This document shows positions 1-15,285 of a DNA stretch of 64,000 nt, in pieces. The DNA is from Paraspadella gotoi. Taxonomy: Eukaryota > Animalia > Chaetognatha. Position 1 is the first letter of the stretch; every line of letters begins with the position of its first letter. The position numbers and the translations under genes are program-made. The stretch covers positions 1,044,262-1,108,261 of the forward strand of contig JBJCIZ010000744.1 in the NCBI GenBank assembly GCA_051294375.1. Direction: 5' to 3'. The notes under the pieces are model-generated. The model worked only from the letters and a program-made list of their open reading frames with translations, was not told the DNA's origin and did not search any database.

Positions 1-894
1 TGAATGAATTTATGAATTTAACAAAAAAAATGACTAAACGAGTTGATGAATAGATTCTTCAATGAATGATTGTTTGAAATAATTATTAAATGAATGAGAG
101 AAAGAATGAACGAAGAAATGAATGAGAGAAAGAATGAACGAAGAAATGAATGAGAGAAAGAATTAACGAAGAAATGAATGAGAGAAAGAATGAACGAAGA
201 AATGAAAGAAAGGAAGGAAAGAGAAAGTAAGACTGTTTAAGCGATAAAGCAATTGGATACAAATAAACCAATGCTATCGGATTCTTTTTCTAATATTTTT
301 TTACCAAGGAATTTTTTGCCCTGCAGGCATTCTTCGTTCGTCCCTTTCATTTTTCGAATTCTCAAGAAATTTTTATTGCAGTAAAATGTTTTATCGATGG
401 ATTAAAAAAAAGATGCTCTGTTTTGAGTGATAAATATCATGAAGTAAAGTTTATCTTTAGACAAACGATTTTATTCAAAATGATATTTTAATCATTGTTT
501 CACTCGAAAGATGAATTAGTAACTGACTACGATAAATGATAAGTGATCGTATAAAAACCGATTAAAGTCGCTAGCGAAATGTGTTTAAATTGTTAAAAAT
601 GTTTAAATTTAAAAATAACTTCCTGGTTTTGGAACCAGGCTTAAGGGTTTTCGGACTGAGGAATAAATGATACAAAAAGTGTCTAGCTATAAAAATGTGC
701 CGATCAGTTTGTAATATAAAGTAAAATAACTTTTAGACTTTTAAATTCATTAACTAAAATTATAAAAAGGGAAAAAAAGCGGAAAATTCACTGCTCTGTC
801 TTTGATTTTTTTTGAAAATCAGAAGCCACGAATTTAGAAAAAAAAACATAAGGAGAGAGAAAAAATGGGATCTTGGCTAATGGACTTCCGGAAA

Positions 895-1016
<122 letters not shown>

Positions 1017-1944
1017 CAAGCATCGTCGGTACAATGAAAAGTGGGGGAGAAAAAAAGTAGGGAAAAGTTAATCAACGCCAATCTACGCCAATCGACGTCG
1101 ATTTTTTTGGGGATAAAAACCTTACATTATTTACAACATAAAATTTAAACGACGCGAGAAAAAAGGATAGTTTTTGTTTTTAATAATTCAAATATAATTC
1201 TGTTGTAATGGATATTAACATTTGAGTCATTTTGCTTCGCCACCACAGATATAATATAACTATTATAAATATAATTATAATTTCTTTAATCTGTGAAAAC
1301 CAAAATTAAAAATTCGCCCAAACTACTTCTCACCTCTCTCTCTCTTTTCTCTCTCTCTCTTTTCTCTCTCTCTCTCTCTTTTCTCTCTCTCTCTCTCTAT
1401 CTTTTCCCTCCACAAATTTTGGTCTGATTCTTGTTTATCAACCACATTTTTTTTTCAAAATAAATTTCACACAAGAAGAAATCCTTAACATCTGTATATA
1501 CGTACACCGACTAGAAAAGTCCATGGGAAAAAGTTGAAAAATTCTGTCTGTCTGTCTGTCTGTCGGTCGGTCGGTCGGTCGGTCATGTCGAGGATAGCAA
1601 AATAGCTTACTACACGAATGGATAATTTTTATATTGGTTGTACCAATTTCATATATCCGATTCATTACAAATATTACACAACTACCAAAAACTAATAGAC
1701 AATTCCGTCAGAGTCAGCCTTAGTAGTTAAATTTCTCTCTTAACTATTCCACATACCCAAAACTAAATAAACTTTTCACCCGAAAGAAAAATTATTTTAA
1801 AAATTCTTAAAATCTGTGAAACCTTTTTAAATATAAATCTATAAATCTTTCCAAATCTCTAAATCTATAAATCTGGCGAATTTCCGACTTGGCGATCGAA
1901 AATGTTTGGATCGTAGACTCGCGTCTCGAAGTTCGCCGTCGACT

Positions 1945-4900
1945 ATGTCAGTCTCATCTGAAGGAGGATTCCGAGGAAGACTCAATGCGTTGACGAGCGA
2001 GAATAAGGAAATGCAGAGGATGATTGAACAAGTAAGGGCTAAGGGCTAAGGGCTAAGGGCTGAGGGAATGAGGGGTTTCAAAAGCAGAAGGCTATACTTA
2101 TAACAATTATCGTTTGAAAATTAAGATTAAGATTGAATGGTTGGCCTTATTTTGTCAAAACGCCCTAATTCATTATAAATTCTGAATAAAATTAAGGGAT
2201 TAAGTTAAAGATTAGGATTGGGGTTAGGGAAAAGGGTTTAGGGTTAGGGGTTAAGGTTAGAGAATAGGAATTAAATTTAAGGATTATGAGTTTGGGGATA
2301 GATATGAGTGTTAAAAAACAAGTTCTGGAATTAAGAGGTGGTTTTGAAAAAAAGAGCTAAAATATATCATACATAGTTATATATAATAATATGTCTCCAC
2401 AGTTGACGGCGGAAAATCGTCGTCTTCGTCAATTAGAAATTCGTCAAACGAAAGAAATTCAAAAATTTGAAAAATCAGAATATTCGGTTCCGGGAATTTT
2501 GCATCATCACCACAAACAAGTAGAAGGATTGAAGGAGCAAATCAAAAAGTGAGTTTGGATTGAACTTCAATTTGAAGGAGCAGGTTGAGAAGTGAATTTG
2601 GATTAAAGGAGCGGATTGAAAAATTTGGTATTGAATATAATAATACCCTATAAACCCTATAAGCCTTATAAACTCCATCAACCATATCAAATCCCTTATT
2701 AACTCCTACATCAGCCCCAAAAACTACCCTATCAACCCAATGAACCCCCCCAACTACCCTATTATTATATAAAAAAGAATAACAATATTATTAACCACAC
2801 CATCAGCACTTTTTAACTACCCCATCAAACCCTTTACCACCCCATCATTTTTTTAAACAAAATTATAATTCTATCAAGCACCCCATCAACCCCGTCAGGT
2901 ACCAAACTCAGGCCGAGAGACATGAGAAACGTTCCCGTCAGTTGGAAGAAGATTTGGTGAAGAAAGCGGCTCTCTTTTCTGAGAGTGCCCCATTTCTGTT
3001 TTTGACTCTCTTTTCCGAGTACCTCATTTCTGTTTTTAACTCTTTTTTCCAAGAGTGCCCCATTTCTGTTTTGGCTCTCTTTTCAAAGAGCGCCCCATTT
3101 CTGTTTGTTTATCCTAAATATATTTTAAATTTATAAAAGAATCTTTAACCCTAATTTTTAATTTTAACTTTTAACTTAATCTTTGACTCAAAAAAACTGA
3201 ACCTAATTCTAAATTTAAGATAAAATGGGGCATTCTGGGAAAACAAGGTGAAAAAATGTTCTAACCTAATTATATTTTTAAATTCATAACGAATCTTTAA
3301 CCCGAATTCCTAGCCATAACTTTTGATTAAATCTTTAACTAAAAAAAATCAACCTAATTCCGCATTTAAGATAAAATGAGGCGTTCTGGGAAAACAAGGT
3401 GAAGAAATGTTTTAAATTTATAAACGAATCTTTAACCCTAATTCCCAACCATAACTTTTAACTTAATCTTTAACTAAGAAACAATGAACCTAATTCCGAA
3501 TTTAAGATAAAATGGGGCGTTCTGGGAAAATAAGGTGAAGAAAAGTTCTGAAAACGAATTCCTCAAGAGAGTCGGACAGAAATGCGGATCGACGGCGAAG
3601 GAAGTCGAGGCTTTGAGGAAAAAGGGAGAAGAAGCGAATCTTAAAGCCGAAGAAAACGAGAAGGAAGTTAAAGTCTTGAAGAAACATATTGATAATTTGG
3701 TGAGAGGGTTACTATTTTAGCCTATGAAGAGACAGTAATTATTGATAAGTGTTAATGACAGAACCGTTCAATACAAGCAGTCCCTGAGCTTCGGATCAGG
3801 CTGTAACACCGTGTTACAGGCGGGTTAAGCGCCCCGTCCCTCTTAAGTGCTAGGCGGCCACCGGGCGAGAACCCCGGACCTTTGGGTTGGGAGGCGAATG
3901 ACTTACCTCCGGCACCAATGGCCGCTGATGAACGGTTGGTGGATTTTAGTCCACCATACCTATAACCCAATAAGCATTAGAGTGGAGGCACTGGGGAACA
4001 TAAATTTTATTTGAGTGAACGAACAAGGATATTTAGACGTGAGTGGTCCGGTGGTCAATGCCGAATTATCTTTGCCAAAACCGAGATAAATTCAGAATCA
4101 GGACGAAACGGTCTCTCTCTCTCCCTTTCACATATAAGGAGAAAAATCACAAGAAAGAAATCCTCTCATTACGCAAGAAAGAGAAAGAGTCCCTCGCGAC
4201 TTTGATGAGTCTTCAACAGAAATACAGCGACACCTCGAAATTTCTTGAGTTAAAAGAGAAAGAAATTGAAGCGGCCAACATTTACGCCATTCGCAGGAAT
4301 TGTAAATATATCAAAATTTAATTTGATTCAATTTAAAACGGTTTTTTTTTCAAATTGTGACGGATATATTCATATATATTATGCATATATTCCAAACTTG
4401 TGTTGTTACGCGACAACACAAAACCAGGGTCATGTGATTACAGTTTATCAAGTAAATATTTCGCGCAATATTTGATTTTGATTAAAATTTAACAAAGAAT
4501 TAATAATCCACTATCTAGAAGATTCTTGTGGACGAGTTTCACACGACGAAGGATTTTTATTATGGCAACGGCCGGGTTGCCTGTAATGCCCGTTGGGATG
4601 GGGCATCTCACTGTTGGCTTTGGGGGCTTCCGATCCTCAGTGACGCCTCCAGTCACTGGCGCGGTTACCCTAGGACGGTCTCGCTTTGCCAACGAATAGG
4701 GAAGTCGTTAGGACTGTGGATGGAACACAACGCTTGGGATAGTGTGTTCCCCTTCTGAGCCAATGGGCTTGGCTGAACGATAGCGGATGTGGGTTGGTGT
4801 GAATATACCGCCTCAGGATAATTTTTATATTGGTTGTAACATTTTCATATTAATTTTTAATTTTTATTAGATATTTTTTTTTTATTCCTAACTTGTACTT

Positions 4901-7900
4901 GCTTCATTCATTTCCGCCAAAGGTTCGGGTAAGAAAAGACTATTAATTAAAATAAATAGCAGAATTTTGCTTTTAAAATTGATTTAATTAAATATTTTCG
5001 CAATAATGAATGAGTGATGTGATCGGTTGTAATTCATTTGCTTGACATTTAAACATTATTAATTCTAATACAATTATCCTCCGCTCAGCCAAGACGAAAC
5101 TGTCTAAACCGACAAAACCGACGGATGAAGGAAGTCAAATCGTCGGCTTCGTCTCGAGACGACAACGAAGGAGTCTCGTCGCCGACGGATTGGCCGACGA
5201 AGAAAGACGACAAAGTGGAATCGAGAAACCGACGGGAGGAACCGGAAGATGTCGAGTTGTTTCTGTTGTCGGGTAAAACTGAAAGATATCCGCCCTAGAG
5301 AATAATGACCCGTAGATATTGTGAAGGTGAAGTTCGTCATCAAGTTGAGGCATGTCGCCTGAACGAGTTGTTGTTGCTATTATGTTCGAAAGTCGGCTCA
5401 CCAATGAAGAGAGAGTAATAATTGTTATGAGTTAGTGACAGAACCATGAGTTTCGACAGGCGGTTAAGCGCCCGGTCCCTGTTACCTGCAAGCGACCACC
5501 GGGTAGAACCCCGGACCTTTGGGTTGGAGTCGAATGATCGCCTCCTGCAACCAATGGCGGTAGATGAACGGTGGCTGGATTTTAGTTTTATTAGATATCA
5601 GAAACAATAATGTTGTAAATCTTTAAATGTGAAACTGTTAAAAAATATTTTTTAAAGTTTCGGTTTGTTTTTCGATCGATTCTAATTTACTTTTAAATTA
5701 TCGGTAAAAATTAGCAAGAACAGTTAAATTCAAACAATGATGATTATTTTTGTAGGTTTATTTTGAAGTTTTTGACCAAATTAACATTAAAATAATCAAA
5801 AGTAAGAACATTAACATCTATTTAATTTTATATGTCAGAGACCGTTCTTAAATGATAAAAAAAATTACGATTTATTTTATAGTACTTAAATTATACTTAT
5901 TAATTAAAAATATATTTTCTAAAATACCTCGGTTGAAATAAAATTACTATTTTTAGGACCAATGACTTTATTGTCTGAACATTTTATTTTGTAAAAAAAT
6001 GTCAAATTTTTGGCACGCTTTAGTGCCGACGCAGATTCCGACGCAGGTGCCGGGGCAGGTGCCGACGCAGATGCCGACGCGGTGGCGGGTGCGAAGGCGG
6101 ACGAAGAAAACGAAGCGATGGTCGGTCAGTCAACGTTGAGTCCGATCGTGGAAGGAAAGGAAGACGGTGAATTAAATAGTGTCTCTCTCTCTATCTTTGC
6201 GTCTCTGTCTCTGAGTCATCTCTTCTCTTCCTTTTCCTTTTTCTTTCTATTCTTTATTCTTTTTAATTATTCTTTCTTCTTTCCTCTCTTTCTCTCACTC
6301 TCTTTCTTTCTTTATATTATTCATATTGTTTTATTTTCTTAAATTCTTTCTTTCTATTATTCATATTCTTATGTCTCTATTGTTCTTCCCCTCTTTCTCT
6401 CTCTCTCTCTCTTTCACTCTCTCTCCCTCAACGCCCCCTCCACTCCCACAACACCCAGCCTTCCCCCCCGACGGCACACCGCCCCTTTCCTCCAAGGCCG
6501 ACCCGGATCCGGAGCGACTGCGCGCGATCGGCAACCGACTTCGCAATTACGATTCCCGGATGCAAAAATTGCGCGCGAAAAATCAGGAGAAAATGAGCCA
6601 ATTGAGGAAGAAACTGGACAAGAAATTTGGGCCGATCGGGGAAGACAAGTTCAAAGTCCCGTACAATACGTTGCAGAAGGTTAAAGGGCTTGCTAAAATG
6701 AATTTTAACTTTAAATTAATTTATGCCCGACTACATATACTTTTAAACTAAACCTTTATCCTTAATTTTTAACCTAAACCTCTGACCCTTAACTCTTGTT
6801 CATAACCCAAATCACAAACTCTAAATCAAAAACCAAATCCTTAACTTTAATCATTAACCTAATTTTTAACTAAAAATTTAATCTAATTCAGAATTTAAGA
6901 CAAAACTGGGCGTTCTGGGAAAATAAGGCCAAAGGGTGAATTTCGGGGTGTTTTTTTTTCAATTAGGTACGAGTCATTTAATTATTATTATTATGTTTTT
7001 TTAATTAATTAGAAAAGCGAATCGGAAGAACCGAAACCCAAGGTTGATGCTATGGCGGGTGAGTTCGTACATAGTATAAGCTTAACAAAAATAAAAAGAA
7101 TATGAATAAGGAAGATAGAGATTAAATGTTAATGAATATATTATATAACATTTTATAGAAATAAAAAAGAGCAGTCCATAAACTTCGGATCAGACTGTAG
7201 CACNNNNNNNNNNNNNNNNNNNNNNNNNCAGCACCATACTTTCTGGCTGGTTTATGAGCCTTGTTCTACGTAATTGTTAGACGGACCCATGGACTAGAAA
7301 TCTGAACCTTTTGGTTGGGAGCCACTGGGAGTGATAAAATATACTGTGAGAGAGTCTTGATTTCAAGCTTGCAGCGTCCTGCTATGTTATTAGATTGTAA
7401 GAGTATTGCGCCGCAAGTGACTTTATTTTCACTTATATTTCTCGTGATATGACATGACATGACGTGACATGACATGACGGAACATTACATGACTACAATA
7501 ACTTTCTTAGCCTGTGTATTTATGATACGCACTGCCATCAAAATTTCGTCTTTTATTCTTTATAGTTGCGTTTTTAAGGTAAGTGTTGACAAACCTACGG
7601 ATCGACGGACGGACGGACCGAAAAGTGACTTATAGAGTTGCTCCGCGAGTACTCGCGGCGCAACTAAAAAACAGAAATTGTTTCGTTGGTTGTTGTCTAT
7701 CGAATTTTCTGTTTGTTTTAACAGAAGACGACTTCGATCCAGAAATCGACAAAATCTGCAAAGAGGTAAAAAAAAAAAGAAAATTTACTGTGAATAATGA
7801 TTGCTTGAAGTCATTCGTCATATGCGGGTATGATACATGTATTGGTGATAACATCGTTTTATGAGGAAAACGCATATTATTTTTATATTGAGCAATACTA

Positions 7901-10079
7901 TTTCGGTTACATCGCTTAACCAATAGTTCATTTGCAAGTAAATGCAAGAAAACAGACACAAATAAAGTAAAAAAATATTTTGCGTTTAAAAGAGAGAGAG
8001 AGAATAAGAGTGAAAAGAAATATGAGGTTCAAGTTAAGACAAAAGCTCAAGAGCTCTTGAGGCTTTTGCTCCTTAACTTTGACCTCCATATTTTCTTTTT
8101 CACTCTTATTCTCTCTCTCTCTTTTAACCAAATATTTTTCTTTTTTGTGTCTGTTTTTTCTTGCATTTACTTCGCATCTTCTTCTCTTGTCTTGATTTCA
8201 AGCTTGCAGCGTCCTGCTATGTTATTAGATTGTAAGAGTATTGCGCCGCAGTGACTTTATTTTCACTTATATTTCTCGTGATATGACATGACATGACGTG
8301 ACATGACATGACGGAACATTACATGACTACAATAACTTTCTTAGCCTGTGTATTTATTGATTACGCCACTGCCATTCAAAATTTCGTCTTTTATTCTTTA
8401 TAGTTGCGTTTTTAAGGTAAGTGTTGACAAACCTACGGATCGACGGACGGACGGACCGAAAAGTGACTTATAGAGTTGCTCCGCGAGTACTCGCGGCGCA
8501 ACTAAAAAACAGAAATTGTTTCGTTGGTTGTTGTCTATCGAATTTTCTGTTTTGTTTTAACAGNNNNNNNNNNNNNNNNNNNNNNNNNNNNNNNNNNNNN
8601 NNNNNNNNNNNNNNNNNNNNNNNNNNNNNNNNNNNNNNNNNNNNNNNNNNNNNNNNNNNNNNNNNNNNNNNNNNNNNNNNNNNNNNNNNNNNNNNNNNNN
8701 NNNNNNNNNTCCAGAAATCGACAAAATCTGCAAAGAGGTAAAAAAAAAAAGAAAATTTACTGTGAATAATTAAAAATTTAATAGGTCGAATAAATAGATA
8801 ATTCAGATATTAGTTAAATAGCACAACAAGATTCTTGTCAAGAAAGAGTTTAAAAGTTGAGTTTTCCTTAAAACCAAAAGTAGGATTACAGTTTTTTCAA
8901 AAAATTTATAACAAAAAACTAAAAAAAGAAATTAATTTTCAAATTCCCTGACAACTCCCAAGGAAACGGAGGGCGAAGAAGCCGGAAAAACGGAAGGAGA
9001 AAATAAGAATATGGAAAAAGGGAAAGAAGGAGAGAAAGAAATAAAAGGGAAAGAAGGAGAGAAAGAAATAAAAGGGAAAGAAGGAGAGAGAGAAATAAAA
9101 GGGAAAGAAGAAGAAGATGAAGAAACGGGGAGACGTCAAGTCGTCGATTATTTATTGAGTTTAGATCCGACGCGAGGAATCGTTTCGCCGAACGCGGAGA
9201 TAAACCCGGACGGTTCGTTTGGGAAATTTTTAAAATATTTAATGTATTTATTATAGATATTTATTAACCGTTTAACCGCTAATTGACCCGTAAATTTCGA
9301 TCTTCAAAAAACTTATTAATTTAAAAATAATTTGAGGAAAAATTATTTAACTAATTAATAATTATCCATGAATTAACCCGTTAATTTGAAATTTAAAAAG
9401 AAAAGGATTTTTTTTCCCTTCCAATTTATTTACCAATTAACCATAAATTAACCTATTATTTTTTAATACTTAAAAACCTTTTCAAATCTGTTTTTAATCA
9501 TTTATTAAGCAATTAACCATAATTCAATTTTGATTTGAAAAACTTAAAAACCTTTCAAATCTTGAAAAAAGATTTATTAACTAATTATCCACGAATTAAC
9601 CCGTTAATTCGAAATTTAAACAAAACTTGAATCTTTTTTCTATTAACCGATTAACCCGTCAATTTCTTCAGATCTTTTTCTCCCCCCTGTCAATTTCGGA
9701 GCGAAAAACTAAAATTGAAGCGACGATCATCGAAGAGGAAGATGACGCCGCCGACGAGAGAGCGGCGTTCGTCTCCTCCACGGCGCCGGTTTTGACGCCG
9801 AGACCGCCGAAATCGATCTCGGCGACGCCGGGAGGGATCGAACGGTCGGAAACGAAGACGGCGTCGGGGAATCGACGATCGATTCCGGTTATAAAAGCGT
9901 TCAACGAAATGTCGCCGAATGATAACGAGAAAGAATCGAGGATAATATTTGCGGAGAACGAATGGCCGGAAACGGGAAATCGGCCGCCGATTCCGGTTAG
10001 AGTGAAGCTGCCGGATTCGGCGCCGGGATCTCGTCGGCCTCCGGAATCATTGCGCGGAGTGATTGGGATGAAGAAGTAG
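1945..10079 (+). CDS. Lebercilin (LCA5)-like coiled-coil protein, about 12 exons
   Basis: Phase-consistent GT-AG exons: 1945-2031, 2403-2548, 2899-2956, 3535-3699, 4139-4301, 5089-5272, 6024-6166, 6459-6679, 7013-7058, 7725-7765, 8963-9212, and a last exon from ~9672. Peptides LTAENRRLRQLEIRQTKEIQKFEKSEYSVPGILHHHHKQVEGLKEQIK and LKEKEIEAANIYAIR resemble the lebercilin domain. The true start may lie further upstream. The last exon stops at ~9711 as read, but a coding-like frame runs to 10079 (possible homopolymer error). Confidence 0.72.
3725..3958 (-). mobile_element. Solo LTR, family C, with tRNA-Gly(CCC)-like module
   Basis: CCTA 4-bp TSD (3721-3724 and 3959-3962). The internal 72-nt unit 3925-3854 has a GCGGCCA/TGGCCGC acceptor stem, a CTCCCAA loop and a GGTTC T-loop. 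Confidence 0.8.
4561..4815 (-). mobile_element. LTR related to family B
   Basis: Reverse complement starts TGAGGC, contains CCCATTGGCTCAG, and ends GAGATGCC...GGCATTACAG...CCGTTGCCATA like LTR-B. Confidence 0.55.
5393..5590 (-). mobile_element. Family C 5' LTR followed by PBS
   Basis: The LTR ends ...CTCTTCA at 5405 and is followed after one base by TGGTGAGCCGA (5403-5393). No downstream LTR is visible. Confidence 0.75.
7420..7670 (-). mobile_element. GTCY-microsatellite-bearing repeat (DINE-1/HINE-like); related pieces at ~8260-8510, 30520-30645, 42790-43110
   Basis: Minus-strand end TTTTTAGTTGCG...GCAACTCTATAAGTCACTT followed by (GTCC/GTCG)n, recurring in the window. The Helentron-associated assignment is inferred from structure. 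Confidence 0.55.
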
Positions 10080-11685
10080 AGGGAGGAAGGAGGAGAAAGA
10101 AGAGGAGAGAGGAAGAAAGAGAGGGTCACTCGTTATTTTTTATAGAAAATTTTTACTTTCTTTTTGATTTAATTATTTAGCAGATATTTAGCTTTTTTTT
10201 TCCTCCTCCTTGCCTCTTTTTTTTCCCTAGAACTCCTTGCCTTTAAATTTTTGTGCGTTTTTTTTTCTAGTTTTTTGCCTTTTTTTTCGTAAAAACCCAC
10301 AAAAATGAGGCAGACTAAAAAATGAATATTCATCCCCGTCGTCGTCATCGTCGGCCGGGCCAATTTGAAAAGCGTTGACGTGAAATGGATTGTAACTGAT
10401 CAGTTTGATAAACGTCGACTCGCATGAAGATTTATTTAAAAAAAAAAACAACTTTATGCGAATATTTTTTTTTCTTACAAAAAAATATTTATTTACCACG
10501 TTATATTCAAATATGTTTACTGCACGTAATAAATGGTTTAATCTGTAAAACAGTTGTATTTTTTATTGAAATTCTCAATACCGTTTTAGTTGATTTGCGC
10601 TATTTTTAGATACACTATTTTGTTTTGCGAACCTCAATCGTCCAAAAGAAAAAGACGAGATTTTCTGAAACTTTTTAATATCATTGAAAAACAGTTATTG
10701 AGCAAACAATGTAAATTCAAGCTGCAACAATAGCACCTTTGAAAGCCTTGAACACAAGACGTCGAGACAGTCGGTATATAGAGCAGTCGACAAATGCTTC
10801 TTTTAAGTTAAACTTGAAAAAAGCCGTCTAGTTCTTCCTCTTAACATTATATCTCCATGAACACAATATACTCCGGAAGACGCTTTGCCAGTTTCTGTGA
10901 TTTCATGCCAATGGTCAATCGTTTTTGCCATATAAAGATATATCAAGATATTTTTTCCTCCCCTCGTTCTTATGTGCAAGTCACACGGTTATTTTTTATC
11001 CGCAAAGAACTATTTGTATGTATTCTATTTTGTACTTCTAGACAGAGTTCTCACGATATTACTAGCAAACCTTTCTTAATTTTGTATAGTAACTAATGCC
11101 TAAATTAATCAATTTCTCAACATCCAAAAGAAAAAGACGGCGCCTTTCTGAGTCAACACTTTTTATATATAATTGAATAACAGTTATCATTGCGTCAATG
11201 ATACAACATCGAAGTGCAATGGGTTTTAACTGTAAAAAGGTTTTTCCCCTTTCGAGTTGAAAAATGAGAAAATTAAAAAAAATAATCTTGAGAAGATTAA
11301 AAGGAGGAATTAATAAAAATGAAAAATGAAAATTCATGTGAAAATCTACCGCAACAAGAAAATATGATATCGTGGAGAGAGGATGGGGGAGTAAATTTGA
11401 CAAGCTAACACAAATAATCAATTTGTAAACATTACAATGATTACTCGGTTAGTTTAATTTTTATCAATTTTTAGGTACCGAGCAGTTTTAAATTTTTTTC
11501 AAACTTTTTTTCTAAAATCTGTCACGCTTTTTAACTTTACAAAATTCAAACTTTAACAAATGGGCAACTTTAGAATAATAACTAAACAAAACGAGAGAGA
11601 TAAAGAAAACAAAAACACTCCCGCCCTCCTCCATTAATATTTAATACGAAACAATAAGAAAACGAAAAAAAATAATCTTGTCTTT

Positions 11686-12069
11686 TTCATCCTCTTCTTC
11701 TTCATCTTCCACCTCCTCTTCCTCATCCGCTTCTTCACCTTCCACATCCTCTTCCTCCCCTTTTTAATCTCCCACCTCCTCATCCTCTTCTTCATCTCCA
11801 CCTCCTCTTCCTCATCTCCACCTCCTGTTCTTCATATTCCAGCTCCTAATTCTCTTCCTCCTCTTCCTCATCTCTACTTCCTCTTCCTCTTCATCTTCCA
11901 CATCATCCTCCTCTTCTTCATCTCCACCTCCTCTTCTTCATCTTCCACCTCCTCTTCTTCATCTTCCACCTCCTCTTCTTCATCTTCCAGCTCCTCATCC
12001 TCCTCTTTTTCATCTCTACCTCCTCTTCCTCCTCCTCTTCATCTTCCACATCATCATCCTCTTCCTCCT
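11686..12069 (-). repeat. Degenerate (GAR)n purine tract immediately after the SNRPA stop codon
   Basis: GAG/GAA/GAT-rich on the minus strand; the triplet register shifts several times. Confidence 0.85.
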
Positions 12070-14597
<2,528 letters not shown>

Positions 14598-14892
14598 GGT
14601 CGCAGAATCTTTCGGTTCAGTTTGTTTTTCTGAAAGTTTTTAATTTTTTGTGACGGAAGATTTTATTTGGAAACGAGAATGTCTGGAAAAAAAAAACCGG
14701 CGCGTGTAAATGAGATCAAGGATAGAAAAAGGCAGATTTTAGGACGGATTGCGGTAAGAAAAGACAAAAAGGCACGTTGAGATCGAAAAATTGAAAAAAG
14801 GAAAATATCTTGATTAAAAACGAAATACGACGAATACGAATAATAAATTAAGTCTTTCTAAAACTACACGGAGATATTGCGAAATATAAGTA

Positions 14893-15233
14893 CAGAAGGC
14901 TTTTCTGACCAGACACGGTTCCCATTAAACGGCCCGATTGAATTTTATGAAATTTTACATGTAGAGTCCCAATGACTAAATAAATAAAAGTATCGAGGCA
15001 AGTTTGTTAATCAACCCCCGAGATGAGATACAGGGCACTGGAGCTGTGTGCCCCTATGGATGACCCCCTCAGGAGTCTAATATTGAAATTTTCCTCGATA
15101 GTTCTATTTGTTTCATAGTTCCATAAGAATCGTGCATACCAAATGTCAACAAATTTGGTCGAGTCGTCCAATTCGGAAATACGTCTGGTCAGAAAAAAAA
15201 ATCCGATCTCATTTTTGAATACGGAGCCTTCTG
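14893..15233. mobile_element. MITE with TA TSD
   Basis: TA|CAGAAGGCT...AGCCTTCTG|TA plus inner inverted repeat TTTTCTGACCAGAC/GTCTGGTCAGAAAA. Confidence 0.7.
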
Positions 15234-15285
15234 TATAAGGCAAAAATGATTAGTATATAATATATAATATATACTATATATAAAC

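Noticed and set aside
2200-2275. TTAGGG-like runs as interstitial telomere
   Set aside because: Short, degenerate and embedded in an interspersed repeat also seen at 3130-3534 and 6745-6932.
3854-3925. Genuine tRNA-Gly gene
   Set aside because: D and anticodon arms are irregular, and it lies inside a multi-copy element with a TSD.
7340-8770. Duplicated lebercilin exon region and ~240-bp palindrome centred near 8053
   Set aside because: Flanked by N gaps with indel-rich arms; looks like a fold-back read or overlap artefact.
11686-12069. Acidic C-terminal extension of SNRPA by frameshift or readthrough
   Set aside because: The tract changes register and the conserved protein end (SYAKK*) is intact.
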